Below are positions 26,856-39,699 of a stretch of 64,000 bases of DNA, piece after piece (within the stretch, counting starts at the first letter, position 1; each line of letters starts with the position of its first letter). The translations under genes and the position numbers were made by a program. This DNA is from Octopus vulgaris (taxonomy: Eukaryota), in the NCBI GenBank assembly GCA_951406725.2, contig OX597819.1, positions 8,866,001 to 8,930,000 on the forward strand, in the 5' to 3' direction. Under the pieces are notes generated by a model that saw only the letters and a list, made by a program, of their open reading frames with translations, searched no databases and was not told the origin of the DNA.

Positions 26856-27047
26856 ATGTTAGCGGTATTTCGTCTGCGTTACGTTGTGAGTTCAAATTCC
26901 GCCGAGGTCGACTTTGCCTTTCATCCTTTCGGGGTCGATAAATTAAGTACCACTTACGCATTGGGGTCGATGTAGTCGACTTAATACCTATGTCTGTCCT
27001 TGTTTGTCCCCTCTGTGTTTAGCCCCTTGTGAGTAATAAAGAAATAG
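26856..27047 (+). mobile_element. SINE family C, 5'-truncated
   Basis: Family C core and tail. Confidence 0.9.
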
Positions 27048-27140
27048 GTATTGTTAAAGACATGTTTCAATTTTACAAACATTTAATAAAATAAAAAATA
27101 ATGATGAATGCCCAAGTACTTGTACATGATGAACAAAATG

Positions 27141-27179
27141 AATAATGATGATGATGATGATAATAATAATAATAATAAT

Positions 27180-27266
<87 letters not shown>

Positions 27267-27297
27267 AACAAAAACAACAACAAAACCACAACTACAA
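27141..27297. repeat. (AAT)n/(GAT)n/(AAC)n trinucleotide array
   Basis: Simple repeats. Confidence 0.97.
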
Positions 27298-27503
27298 CGT
27301 AATATAAATAAAATGTCCAATGTTTTGGTTCGTGACTTTTGGCCCACCGTGTAGTTACAATTTATTGACTTACCGTCTAACATAACATCTTACCGAGGGT
27401 TAGTTTTTTTGTTGTTTTCGTGCAACGTCATTCAAGCATGACTTGAATTCAAGAATATCCAAGCCTGAATGTTTCACACGGTAACACTTGTATCACCTAT
27501 ATA

Positions 27504-27563
<60 letters not shown>

Positions 27564-27564
<1 letters not shown>

Positions 27565-27855
27565 TAGCAGTATCGCCCGGCGTTGCTCGGTTTTGTAAGG
27601 GAAATAACTATATAAGCATTTTTAGAGAGTTATAGTCAAGAAATAGCAAAAAAATGCATTAAAAATGGGAAAAATTGATGGTAAACTTATTTAAAATCGT
27701 AGACTCATCGTAGACGCGCGCTAATACCCAGAAGGGCTCGATATGAATCACGACTATAAGATACCCGGTCTTGGTTAAACTGCACCGCAAAATGGAGTAG
27801 TTAGGAATCTAAATCGTAGAAGACAGACAGCACACAACTTCACTTTTATATATAA

Positions 27856-27858
<3 letters not shown>
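27564..27858 (-). mobile_element. Non-autonomous Helitron family 1, internally deleted, in (TA)n
   Basis: A|TC and CTAG|T ends; lacks ~100 bp between TTTTAGAG repeats. Confidence 0.9.
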
Positions 27859-27908
<50 letters not shown>

Positions 27909-28047
27909 TGTATATATATATATATATATATGTATATACATATAAATAATTAAAATCCAAACGAAAATATGTCAATCGTACATCTCCATTCTCTTTTCAT
28001 TTTGTATACATGTAAACATGTGAAATGTGTGTGAATAGCATCACTAA

Positions 28048-28102
<55 letters not shown>

Positions 28103-28584
28103 TGCATTCATGTCAGTGCGTTTATCTGCAAATACATGAAAACTACGACTATAGTTAACAAATCCGCATGAAAACTTTAAAAATACATTCGGTCCGGAGG
28201 CTATTTTTAACAATTAACAGTTTTCGCCTCATAAAACGTCACTATATCAAGATCATTCTCTATGATTTGATAATTATTTAATTGTCTGCTTTGGTCAAAA
28301 TGTCAGATCATCAATTAGATATTGCTGTACAGTATCAGCAGAAGGAAGCTGTTTCCGTTCAGTTAATTGTTGCTATGTCTACCGATTAATCTGGATGAAC
28401 CACGGAAATGTTACTAGGACAAAATTGAAATGTCATACCTTCCTTTAATATTTAGTCATTACATTCACGTTAATAGCATCATCGCACACAGGAGGATAAG
28501 CGAAGAATTCCAAACGTTGAACAATGTACGGAATTACAACCAACGTGAGGATGAAAAGTTTTTATACCTTACATTATTATTTTT

Positions 28585-29080
28585 ATTGAGTGAGAGAGCA
28601 GTGCATGCCATCAAAGTGACACTGGGGTAAAATATACGAAGCCTAGCATACACATCATGACTACCCGTCTGATAAGGGTACACCAGGCACATGCATCACA
28701 ACCATATGTAAGCGACATGGTGATCTCATATCAAAATAAACAGCGCATGACCTTGCAGGTGGGTCCAGTTAGAATTTTCTTCTGGTCGAGTAACCCATCT
28801 CACTCAAAAGGTCCCTGAATAAGGTTTGTTTAAGGATGATGAACGAAACACCCATGTTCGCAAAGGCGAATTATCCAAACCCCAAAGAATTCCTCTCAAC
28901 ACATTTCTATGATGCTCCCCACTACTTCTGCTCGTGGTCAGAGATGCACATATCGTCAGCCACTGAGGGACATGTTCGACTGGGTTTGATCAAACTGACA
29001 AGCAAATTTGTGGTATTGAGCAGAATATTTGCTGTAGCCCATCTTTTATACCAAGACAAAACAATGTACGTTATAACACT
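28585..29080 (-). repeat. ~490-bp probable interspersed repeat bounded by AAT-type repeats
   Basis: Higher-GC island ending CTCACTCAATAAAAATAATAAT on minus; single copy here, family status from recollection only. Confidence 0.4.
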
Positions 29081-29082
29081 TT

Positions 29083-29084
<2 letters not shown>

Positions 29085-29177
<93 letters not shown>

Positions 29178-29350
29178 CGATGGCGATGACGATGATGATG
29201 ATGATGACCATGATGACCATGATGATGATGATGACGATGATAAGGATGATGACGATGATGATGACGACGATGACGATGATGACGATGACGACGACGACGA
29301 CGACGACGGCGGCGGTGGTGGTGATGGTGGTGGTGGTGGTGGTGGTGATG

Positions 29351-29412
<62 letters not shown>

Positions 29413-29415
29413 AAA

Positions 29416-29481
<66 letters not shown>
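29085..29481. repeat. Compound (AAT)/(GAT)/(GAC)/(GGT) trinucleotide array
   Basis: Simple repeats. Confidence 0.97.
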
Positions 29482-29482
<1 letters not shown>

Positions 29483-29864
29483 TTACGATCGCATTCTTTC
29501 TTTATTGTCTTCGGCGACAATATTCGGCCGATAATAATTGGTCTCTTTGTTTGTGTAGATTGGCATATCCCATTGTATGGTTGCATTGCCATTCTCTTAT
29601 ACCTGGTATAAGTCTGATTTAACATGCTGATCAATAGAGTGCATCCGTCAGTTAGATGAGTGCTGAGTGTGATTTCTCAGAGACACGGGTAGGATTATCT
29701 ATATCAGTAAAAGTGCTCGTCATTTACTAACAATATGCCTGATGCATTGGCTCTGCAATAATTCTGCTTCGATAATTATTAATGGTATTATTAATGTTTC
29801 CACGCGAGATAGAAGGTTTCAAATGTCATCATCCTTCTTAACTTTTTTACAAACTCCGGTTATA

Positions 29865-30180
29865 GCAGGAGTGGCTGTGTGGTAAGTAGCTTGCTTACCA
29901 GCCACATGGTTCCGGGTTCAGTCCCACTGCGTGGCACCTTGGGCAAAGTGTCTTCTACCATAGCCTCGGACCGACCAAAACCTTGTGAGTGGATTTGGTA
30001 GACGGAAACTGATAGAAGCCCGTCGTATATATGTATATATATATATGTGTGTGCGTGTGTGTTTGTGTGTCTGTGTTTGTCCCCCTAGCATTGCTTGACA
30101 ACCGATGCTGGTGTGTTTATGTCCCCGTCACTTAGCGGTTCGGCAAAAGAGACCGATAGAATAAGTACTGGGCTTACAAA
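29865..30180 (+). mobile_element. SINE family B, 3'-truncated
   Basis: Stops at GGCTTACAAA and joins a Helitron 3' end. Confidence 0.92.
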
Positions 30181-30185
30181 TAATA

Positions 30186-30310
30186 ATTTTACCATAATTT
30201 TTTTTCCATTTTTAATGCATTTTTTTGCTATTTTTTGGCTATAACTCTCTAAAAATACTTATATAGTTATTTCCCTTACAAACCCGAGCATCGCCGGGCG
30301 ATACTGCTAG
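30186..30310 (+). mobile_element. Helitron family 1 3' fragment
   Basis: Ends CCCGAGCATCGCCGGGCGATACTGCTAG|T. Confidence 0.88.
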
Positions 30311-30340
30311 TTTAATATAAAATTATTCGTCTATTCGTCT

Positions 30341-30387
<47 letters not shown>

Positions 30388-30392
30388 GTGTG

Positions 30393-30427
<35 letters not shown>

Positions 30428-30602
30428 ATTTATGTATATATATATAAATACACACATAAAAACCAATCATCAAATCTCTGGAATGTTGTTAAAGGATTGT
30501 AAATTATCAACAGTTGAAGACAATTACTAAATATTAAAAGCCTCTCAACAAAGGCAGAATTTACGCCAGAAAAAGAAGCAACAAACTGTGGAAACATTTC
30601 TT

Positions 30603-30836
30603 AGGCGGCGAGCTGGCAGAAACGTTAGCACGCCGGGCGAAATGCTTAGCGGTATTTCGTCTGCCGCTACGTTCTGAGTTCAAATTCCGCCGAGGTCAAC
30701 TTTGCCTTTCATCCTTTCGGGGTCGATAAATAAAGTACCAGTTTCGCACTGGGGGTCGTTATAATCGACTTAATCCCTTTGTCTGTCCTTGTTTGTCCCC
30801 TCTATGTTTAGCCCCTTGTGGGCAATAAAGAAATAT
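30603..30836 (+). mobile_element. SINE family C
   Basis: Full copy. Confidence 0.93.
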
Positions 30837-31392
30837 ATATATAAATACACACACACACACGCACGCACGCACACACATGCACACACACACACGCACACAC
30901 ACACACATACACACACATATATATATATAAGACGAATAGACGAATAATTTTATATTAAATAGCATAAAAAAGGATGGATTCATGATTTATTGAAACTACC
31001 TCCACTTCAAGAGATGATTGAACAATTTCTTGGTAACATTTTGTAACAATTTCAAGTTAGGAAGAAAGATAATGTGGAAAATTCTCGAAAACTGACATGC
31101 CATAAAGGAAACTCTAGTCTGATTGTCTGAAGACAAGCGTGGTGCTGTTAACGAGTGTTTCTGTGTCCATAGGCGTCACCAGCACAGCAATTGACTAAAT
31201 CTCTCGTTCTCATTTGGAGCGGGCACGAATGACCATGAAGCAAATGTTTTTCAGATATGCTAACCTTATTCGTCTTTATTCGTCTTTATTCGTCTTTAAT
31301 GCACACATACATATAACTCGCAAGCACGAGTCATTTCTTTCAGCTCATTTGCGTTCAAGTTACGTAGATTACCTATACCATAAATGCGTTCT

Positions 31393-31774
31393 GGAGGCGC
31401 AAACGGCCAGTGGTTAGGGCAGCAGACTCGCAGTCGTAGGATCGCGGTTTCGATTCCCAGACCGGGCGTTGTGAGTGTTTATTGAGCGAAAACACCTAAA
31501 GCTCCACGACTCTCCGGCAGGGGATGGTGGTGATCCCTGCTGTACTCTTTCACCACAACTTTCTCTCACTCTTACTTCCTGTTTCTGTTGTACCTGTATT
31601 TTAAAGGGCCGGCCTTGTCACTCTCTGTGTCACGCTGAATATCCCCGAGAACTACGTTAAGGGTGCACGTGTCTGTGGAGTGCTCAGCCACTTACACGTT
31701 AATTTCACGAGCAGGCTGTTCCGTTCATTCGGATCAACCGGAACCCTCATCGCCGTAACCGACGGAGTGCTTCC
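31393..31774 (+). mobile_element. SINE family A
   Basis: TSD AAATGCGTTCT. Confidence 0.95.
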
Positions 31775-32078
31775 AAATGCGTTCTACATTTTTGTATGTC
31801 TAAATGTTCCGTTTGACAACTGATGCGCTTATGACGACATTTGAGCTACAGATGTTCTTTCGCTTTCAACTCTCTTTTCCTTAGTGGCATTTCATTTTTG
31901 ACAAATTCTTGATTGTTGATAACCTTCCCATTTCTTATTTGGAATTCATACTAGTTGTCACCATGTGACTGTTCCATCCCCATTCAAAGCGGAGATAACT
32001 TCAATCATCAAGAATTTTACTTTATCAAATGTAACCCACTGGGCACTCGGATGTATTTCTTTTAGTTCATTTTTGTTA

Positions 32079-32124
<46 letters not shown>

Positions 32125-32125
<1 letters not shown>

Positions 32126-32335
32126 TTTATTTAAGGCAGCAGAAAATTCAACAAAACCTGTTACTCTGAGTTTCCCGTTGCCGTTCATCGGACAGTTTTT
32201 GCTAGAACGGGAACGTGAAACTCAGAGTAACAGGTTTTGTTGAATTTTCTGCTGCTTTAAATAAAGCATATTACTCTACCACTAGTATTTGAGTACTCTT
32301 TTTTCCACCTTGTTTCACATTTATGTGTTTACTCC

Positions 32336-32337
<2 letters not shown>
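32125..32337 (+). mobile_element. Hairpin-plus-tail PLE-like insert in (TA)n with hammerhead
   Basis: 55-bp inverted arms 32125-32179/32212-32266; tail to 32337; (TA)n on both sides. Confidence 0.7.
32153..32199 (-). ncRNA. Type I hammerhead-like motif (CCGAUGA core variant)
   Basis: AAAACTGT-CCGATGA-ACG-GCAA-CGG-GAAAC-TCAGA-GTA-ACAGGTTTT; the other arm has CGT, restoring stem II. Confidence 0.7.
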
Positions 32338-32369
<32 letters not shown>

Positions 32370-32429
32370 TGCCGGCGCAAGTAATTAGTTTTCAAAGCAG
32401 TGCTCCAGCATGAAACAAAGTAGACGGGA

Positions 32430-33050
32430 GAGACGACTGCTAGAACGCTAAAAATATTACTTCAGAAACATAGATGCCAGACAAACTTAGTAAACCATGC
32501 GAAAAAACAGAGCACAAGAGATCTCAGTCTCTATCTTACGGAGATACCCTCATAATGAGGGTGAGAATAGATGCTCAAATTTAAATATTCCATTTGTAGT
32601 CGCCCATAATGCTAAAAATCGTATTTTTAAGCCGACAAAACGACACCTCCCGAATTCTAAACCAATCATCAAATCTCTGGAATGTTGTTAAAGGATTGTA
32701 AATTATCAACAGTTGAAGACAATTACTAAATATTAAAAGCCTCTCAACAAAGGCAGAATTTACGCCAGAAAAAGAAGCAACAAACTGTGGAAACATTTCT
32801 TGTAAGACCTGTAAATTAAATTAAAGAAATATATTAAATAGAGCAAAACCAAACAGTTTCAAGAATTGGAAGGAATTGAACGTTAATACAAAGTGAATTG
32901 CAAAGCAAGAAATTTCATTTTCTGCATCATATACATTTTTGAAAGAATTCAAAATATTCTCCTTTAAAAAAAAATGCAAAAGAAAATGATCGACTACGAA
33001 ATGCCAAAGAACTCTTTATAAGACTTCTAAATCCGAAATAAAATTGGAAA
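32430..33050 (+). mobile_element. Decayed Penelope-like element (RT thumb, linker, start of GIY-YIG)
   Basis: IPFVVAHN..IINS*RQLLNIKSLSTKAEF..NCGNISCKTCKL..VNCKARNFIFCI. Confidence 0.75.
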
Positions 33051-33344
33051 AAGTATTACCAACAACTACTCTCATACAGATTGCCTTATAACACTTGTTT
33101 CTGGAAAGCTAAAAACGGCGAAAAGCACTTTATACAACACGAATACCTTCTTCTATAGATCTGTATATTTTTTGTAATGATCTTGTTATATATTTCAACA
33201 AAAATTTTCTTCAAACATGTGTTTGTGCACGAGTGTGTGTGTTGTTGTGTGTGTGTGTGCATGTTGTGTGAGTGAACTATATAAATATGTATTCACATAC
33301 ACATAGAGATAAATACTTTTACGCACAGACACAGATATATACTT

Positions 33345-34545
33345 TTATTCTTTTATCTTTCTATGTGTTTCAGCCGAAAGTCTGTGGCCATGCTTGGTGC
33401 GCTACCAGTGTTATCATTTTTTCTATTACTATTCTTTTGTGATCGGCTTTTGGTGAATATTGCTGCCCTGTTTTGAGTTTCTTGCTGTGATGTATGTTTA
33501 CTTGGGACCTTGGACAGCAGGAGGTCAAGTTGTTTCTTGAAAAGATCAACCCCTATTCGATGTCTATTTCTCATGTGTATTAAATAGCCGTGAGCTATGA
33601 TTCTCACTCCAGATGGGACTACTGGGACCTTTTGAACAGTGCGGTGACTTGCAGTTCGAGGGCCGGCATAGATCTCAATACCAAAGTTTGGTGCCAACCC
33701 TTTCAGGTTCTTCCGTACATATATCACTGCATATCTTTTTCTTTCTCGCTCCATGGAGTACAGTCGTAGATCTTTCAGTCTCACCCAGTAGCTCAGCTGT
33801 TCCATTGATGCAATCTTCCTGATGTAGCACCGCTAAATTGCCTCAAGTTCTGCTATTAATTTGACACTGTGGGGCTGACCACAGTTGAGAGCAGTAGTCT
33901 AGACGGCTGAGTATAAATATCCTCTGTAGAACCAGCATAGTTTTCTGGTCCCTTGTTCTGAAGGTTATCAGAATCCACTCGGCTATTCGCCTGCACATCA
34001 CCACCGTCTTGGTGATATGCACGTGAAACGAAGCGTTGATGTTCATGTCAATCCCCAGATCACACACTGTACTTCACCCTGAGATCGTCATTCCTTTGGG
34101 TCCAAAATATTTTTGTTGAGGCATGTTAGCACAAGCTAGCTAATAGCGGAGGGATAGGAATTTACCTGCATTAAATTGCATGTTGTTTTCTTCTGTCCAT
34201 TTATATATGTCATCTATGTCTTTCTGCAGAAGATTGGCATCGAAAGTTTCCTTGACTGCTTTTACTACTTTTGTGCTGTCGGCACTGCTAGTAAGTCTGT
34301 GTAACTGGTAGCATGTCCGAAAGAGACACCATTAACATCATCGACCCTAAGAGTTCCCTGAGACACTCCACTCGCTACTACTGTCTCCTTGGCTGCCAAA
34401 GCCTGGCTTCCGTCTTTTAAGAAGTCATGTATCCACTCTCCCAGCTTTCCGACTATAGCGAGTCTCCTTAGCTAGTGACATATCATCCCATCATCAAACT
34501 TAAACTCCTTTGCAAAATTCAGATATATCACATCCACATATATGT
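33345..34545 (-). mobile_element. CR1-like LINE, RT through 3' tail, degenerate
   Basis: VDVIYLNFAKEF, SGVSQG, ADSTK, LQKDIDDIYKW..MQFNAGKF, DLGI, SRLDYCSQLWS, RLKDLRLYSMER. Confidence 0.92.
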
Positions 34546-35029
34546 ATTTATTAAGATCTAATAAATATGCCCGTCAGTTTCAACGACGAATATTCTAAGT
34601 GCTATTCGATCAATTGAACAGTCTACAATATTCCCCTGAAAGAGTTGGGGCCAGTCGAGAAGGGGCAAATCGGTAACTGAACAATACCATCAGGAATGCA
34701 GTCCAAAAATTTTAACTGCATGTTCATGACTGCATCAAATTTTGTTTGCATTCACACACACACACACACAAGCACACATACACACACACACACATATTCG
34801 TACGCTTATGCGCACGCCCACGCACACAGTTTGTGCACGTGTGTGTAGGTGTGAGTGTGTGTAACTATGCGTGTGTGTGTGTGTATGTGCGGACATGTGC
34901 TTATGAGGGTAATTCCACTTTAGCAAGGCCATAGCCATTTGTAAGTACTCAGTAAACCTATACTTACAATGTACTTTATGTTAAATCCGCAGGTAATATT
35001 GCCATTGTTTATGTCATCGATTATTTTAT

Positions 35030-35050
35030 TTATGTATATATATATATACA

Positions 35051-35114
<64 letters not shown>

Positions 35115-35380
35115 TGTGTGTCTCTATGTGTGTAAGCATGTATAAATATCGACTCGTTTAAGGTACTTCCTACGTGGTGTAGTTTTGTGTGTATCGTTTA
35201 ATTTTTTATAAGATTCCTCACAAACTGGTTTCCATTTTACCTCCTTCACCAAACACACCCTTTACTTATTATTGGGTTCATACAGGCATTATAATCCTTA
35301 CCCCTGACACAAACACACACCCTACGTTGTAAATATATTCCAATTTCTTAGTCTCTAACACATACATATATTTATACGTG

Positions 35381-35469
<89 letters not shown>

Positions 35470-35474
35470 CATAC

Positions 35475-35512
<38 letters not shown>

Positions 35513-35521
35513 CATATGTAT

Positions 35522-35558
<37 letters not shown>

Positions 35559-35571
35559 CATACATATGTAT

Positions 35572-35618
<47 letters not shown>

Positions 35619-35620
35619 TA
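35030..35620. repeat. (TA)n-rich compound microsatellites
   Basis: Simple repeats with a short unique spacer. Confidence 0.9.
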
Positions 35621-35621
35621 T

Positions 35622-35972
35622 ATCAACAATAAGGAACGGCCATAATAGGCCATTCACCCACTAGAAATAACAGCCAAAGCTTCAACCGCAAATAAAAGTT
35701 AATTCAGTAAACCAGGAGAAAATTTAAAAAACATTTACCCTGTAATTTTTAAATTTTTTTAAATTTTTTTAATTTTCTCCTGGTTTACTGAATTAACTTT
35801 TATTTGCGGTTGAAGCTTTGGCTGTTATTTCTAGTGGGTGAATGGCCTATTATGGCCGTTCCTTTATTGTTGATGTTGAACTTAAAAATGGTCTATGACT
35901 ATTTTAATTTTTTCCTACTAGGCCGCTGGTGGCAAAAGAATTCTACAAAATTTTTTTGCCACCCTATATTGA

Positions 35973-35978
<6 letters not shown>
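35622..35978 (+). mobile_element. Hairpin-plus-tail insert in (TA)n (PLE-like end)
   Basis: ~103-bp near-perfect inverted arms 35622-35724/35771-35874; tail hairpin GGTGGCAAAA..TTTTGCCACCCT. Confidence 0.6.
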
Positions 35979-36033
<55 letters not shown>

Positions 36034-36364
36034 CATATATATAGATACATACATACATACCTATACAATTATATACATGATATATGCCTTCATAATTGAG
36101 TATATATACACATACAGAAGCACACAAACACATACATCACATATATACAGCACACGCACAAAAGCACGTGCACTCACATTCGTATATATGTATGTGTGTG
36201 TGTGAGTAAATATGTATATATATTATATATATACATACATATTATATATTATATAATTATATGTACACGTGTATATATATACATCCAAATATACATACAC
36301 ACATGTATATATATATATATTTATATTTACATAAATATAATTATAAATGAATATATATATATAA

Positions 36365-36457
36365 ATATATACATACATACATATCTATGCATGCATACAT
36401 ACAGGCATACATACATATCTATGCATACATACCTACAGGCATACATACATACATACA

Positions 36458-36491
<34 letters not shown>

Positions 36492-36573
36492 CATACATAC
36501 ATGCATACATACATACATACATACATACATACATACATACATACGTACGTACATACATACATACATACATACA

Positions 36574-36607
<34 letters not shown>

Positions 36608-36666
36608 CATACATACATACATACATACATACATACATACATACATACATACATACGTACATACAT

Positions 36667-36697
<31 letters not shown>

Positions 36698-36850
36698 TAC
36701 AGGCATACATACATATCTATGCATACATACCTACAGGCATACATACATACATACATACATACATACATACATACATACATACATACATACATACATACAT
36801 ACATACATACATACATACATACATACATACACACATATACGTATATACAC
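36365..36850. repeat. (ATAC)n array
   Basis: Simple repeat. Confidence 0.97.
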
Positions 36851-37811
36851 CCACCTCTAGGTGCCAGCCCCATTTCCCACTCACTTGTAGCTATAGATCA
36901 TCAAATATAGAGTTGTAACATTTATCAATTGTTCTTGTAGATACTCTCGCGGGTTCACACACATACAAACACATGCACCACACACGTGCAAACAATCACA
37001 CATACATACAGTGGCACAGGCCTACTCATATATATAACACAAAAAGACCTTCATACTTCATATTTTTCATATAATTTTCTTTCATTTTTTTTTTTTTGGC
37101 TTTTGTTGTCTCGATTTTGTATCTTGCCATAGAATGAGTTATATTTCCTTATGTACTTTTTCTGTTCGGGTTAATTTAAGGTCATATTTACTTAATTAGA
37201 TGGCTGGATGTTTCAGGAGTTTTCCTGAAAGTTTTTTTCTTTTTTCCAATATACAAGGTTTAGGTATGAAATAAGATGTATGCGTATGTATGTCAATATG
37301 TATGTCAATGAGTTTATGTATAATCCTATGTACTAATATATGTATAAATATATATATACCTATTTACATATGTGCTTGTGTATGTATGTATGTATGTATT
37401 TATGTATGTATGTATGTATGTATGTATGTATGTATGTATGTATGTATGTAGGTAGGTAGGTATGTATGTATGTATGTATGTATGTGTTTATATATAGCTT
37501 TATAAATTATATACACACTGAGGGAATGTGAGACAGAAAGAAGAGGGAGATAGTATGAGTTGATAAGTGTGTAAATAACATATATATATATATATATATG
37601 TATGTATACATCATCTGAGTATGTATGTACGTACATTTGTTTGTATGTATGTATGTACAATATTCTATATTTGTAATATCCAAATTAATGTACGGAACAT
37701 AAACATACTCTTATATATATAACTAATATATGACAATTTAAATGGGAGAATAATTATATACATATACGCATCTATAGGAACATATATATGTGTATAGACA
37801 CATACACACAC

Positions 37812-37974
37812 ACATACATACATACATACATACATACATACATACATACATACATACATACATACATACATACATACATACATACATACATACATACATA
37901 CATACATACATACATACATACATACATACATACATACATACATACATACATACATACATACATACATACATACA
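37812..37974. repeat. (ATAC)n array
   Basis: Simple repeat. Confidence 0.97.
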
Positions 37975-38093
37975 TGGCACCTTTGACAAGTGTCTTCTAC
38001 AGCCTCGGGTCGCCCAAAGCCTTGTGAGTGAATATGGTAGACGGAAACTGAAAGAATCCTATCATTTGTTTGTGTTTGTGTGTGTGTGTGTGT

Positions 38094-38137
<44 letters not shown>

Positions 38138-38350
38138 TTGTGTTTGTCCTCATGCCATCGCTTGGCAACCGATGTTGGTGCGTTTACATTCCTGTAAGTT
38201 TGCTATTCGGCAAAAGACGGCCATAGAATAAGAACTAGGCTCAGAAGGAGTAAGGCCGGGTGTCGACTTCTTCGACTAAAAAATACTTTAAGGCGGTGCT
38301 CCAGCATGGCCGCAGACAAATGACAGAAAGAAGTAAAAGAATAAAAGAAT
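37975..38350 (+). mobile_element. Older SINE family B copy, 5'-truncated
   Basis: Diverged family B body and tail. Confidence 0.85.
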
Positions 38351-38774
38351 ATACATATACTAATGACAAGATGAATTCGGTTCACGTTAACCGAAATATA
38401 TATTCATACACGCGCGCGTATGTGTGTGCGTATGTTTGTATTGTGATGTGCTGTGATTACTCCTTAATAATCAGAGTTTCACGTTGAGTGAGTAACTGAT
38501 TTCCGGTATTTAAGCCATAGTATTTATAACGTAAATAACGTGAGTGCAAGACAACTCATACGCACACGCACACACACACACATATGCACACACAGACACC
38601 GGCAGGAACATAGTAATACACTCGAGCAGATTTATACATGAAAGAAAATTGTTTTTGTTAACCTCGTTACAGCCTGCATTCTTTAATACAGAAAATCTAT
38701 TCAGTACAACTGCTCCTCTTTCTCTTCTGCTTTTACTTTCTTTCTTTATACGCATGCGTGTGTGCGTGCGCGTT

Positions 38775-38801
38775 TGAGTGTGTCTTTTTTAGTATGCGTA
38801 C

Positions 38802-38844
<43 letters not shown>

Positions 38845-38958
38845 TGTGTATCTCTATATCTATCAAATACACGCTTTTTATATGTATATATATGTGTATA
38901 CATATATACATATATATACATATAAAAAGCGTGTATTTGATAGCTATAGAGATACACA

Positions 38959-38999
<41 letters not shown>

Positions 39000-39026
39000 G
39001 TACGCATATTAAAAAAGACACACTCA
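38775..39026. repeat. ~250-bp palindrome
   Basis: Unique and (TA)n segments mirrored about ~38900. Confidence 0.92.
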
Positions 39027-39699
39027 TATATATATATATATGTATACACACACTCACACACGCACACGCATATATATATACCCAATGAATAAGACACCGC
39101 CATCTTAAAAAGGGTTAAAGAAAAATGCAAATAGTTGTTATATATTTACAGTAAAAGTAATATATACAATATAAAATGAAAATTATATTAAGATGGATTA
39201 TTTATGTATAATAATTATTTATCATACGGAATAATAAAAAGAAGATTATTAAAATGAAAATAATAACAAAAAATATATTGGTGAATTTAAACGTTATTTG
39301 ATGTTATAAGTGGTTTTTCGTAAACGGGTTTATTAGATGTTTCTTGTAAAATATGATATATTTTTGAGACAATTTTTTCTTTGACGATTAATGTAAATAG
39401 ATCCCGCAACTTAACCCGCCAGTATTTCAAATTGGCTCAAGAACTACTGAGCATCCTTTAGACAACTTGAGAATAGTTCAAGCATTTTAATATTATGTAA
39501 TCTTTTGTTATGGCATTAAAATCTTTTCAAGGCTGATGGAATCTATTGGATCCATCTGTGTAAAGAAACGCATCCTCAATGACTAATATTTTCGGTTTTA
39601 GTATTTTCGGTTTTTTTTGTCTTTAAAACTTCATATATATTTTGCCAATGATGAAATGTTCTTTCTGAAATAATAAGTTGTGTATTTCATCTTTTAAAG

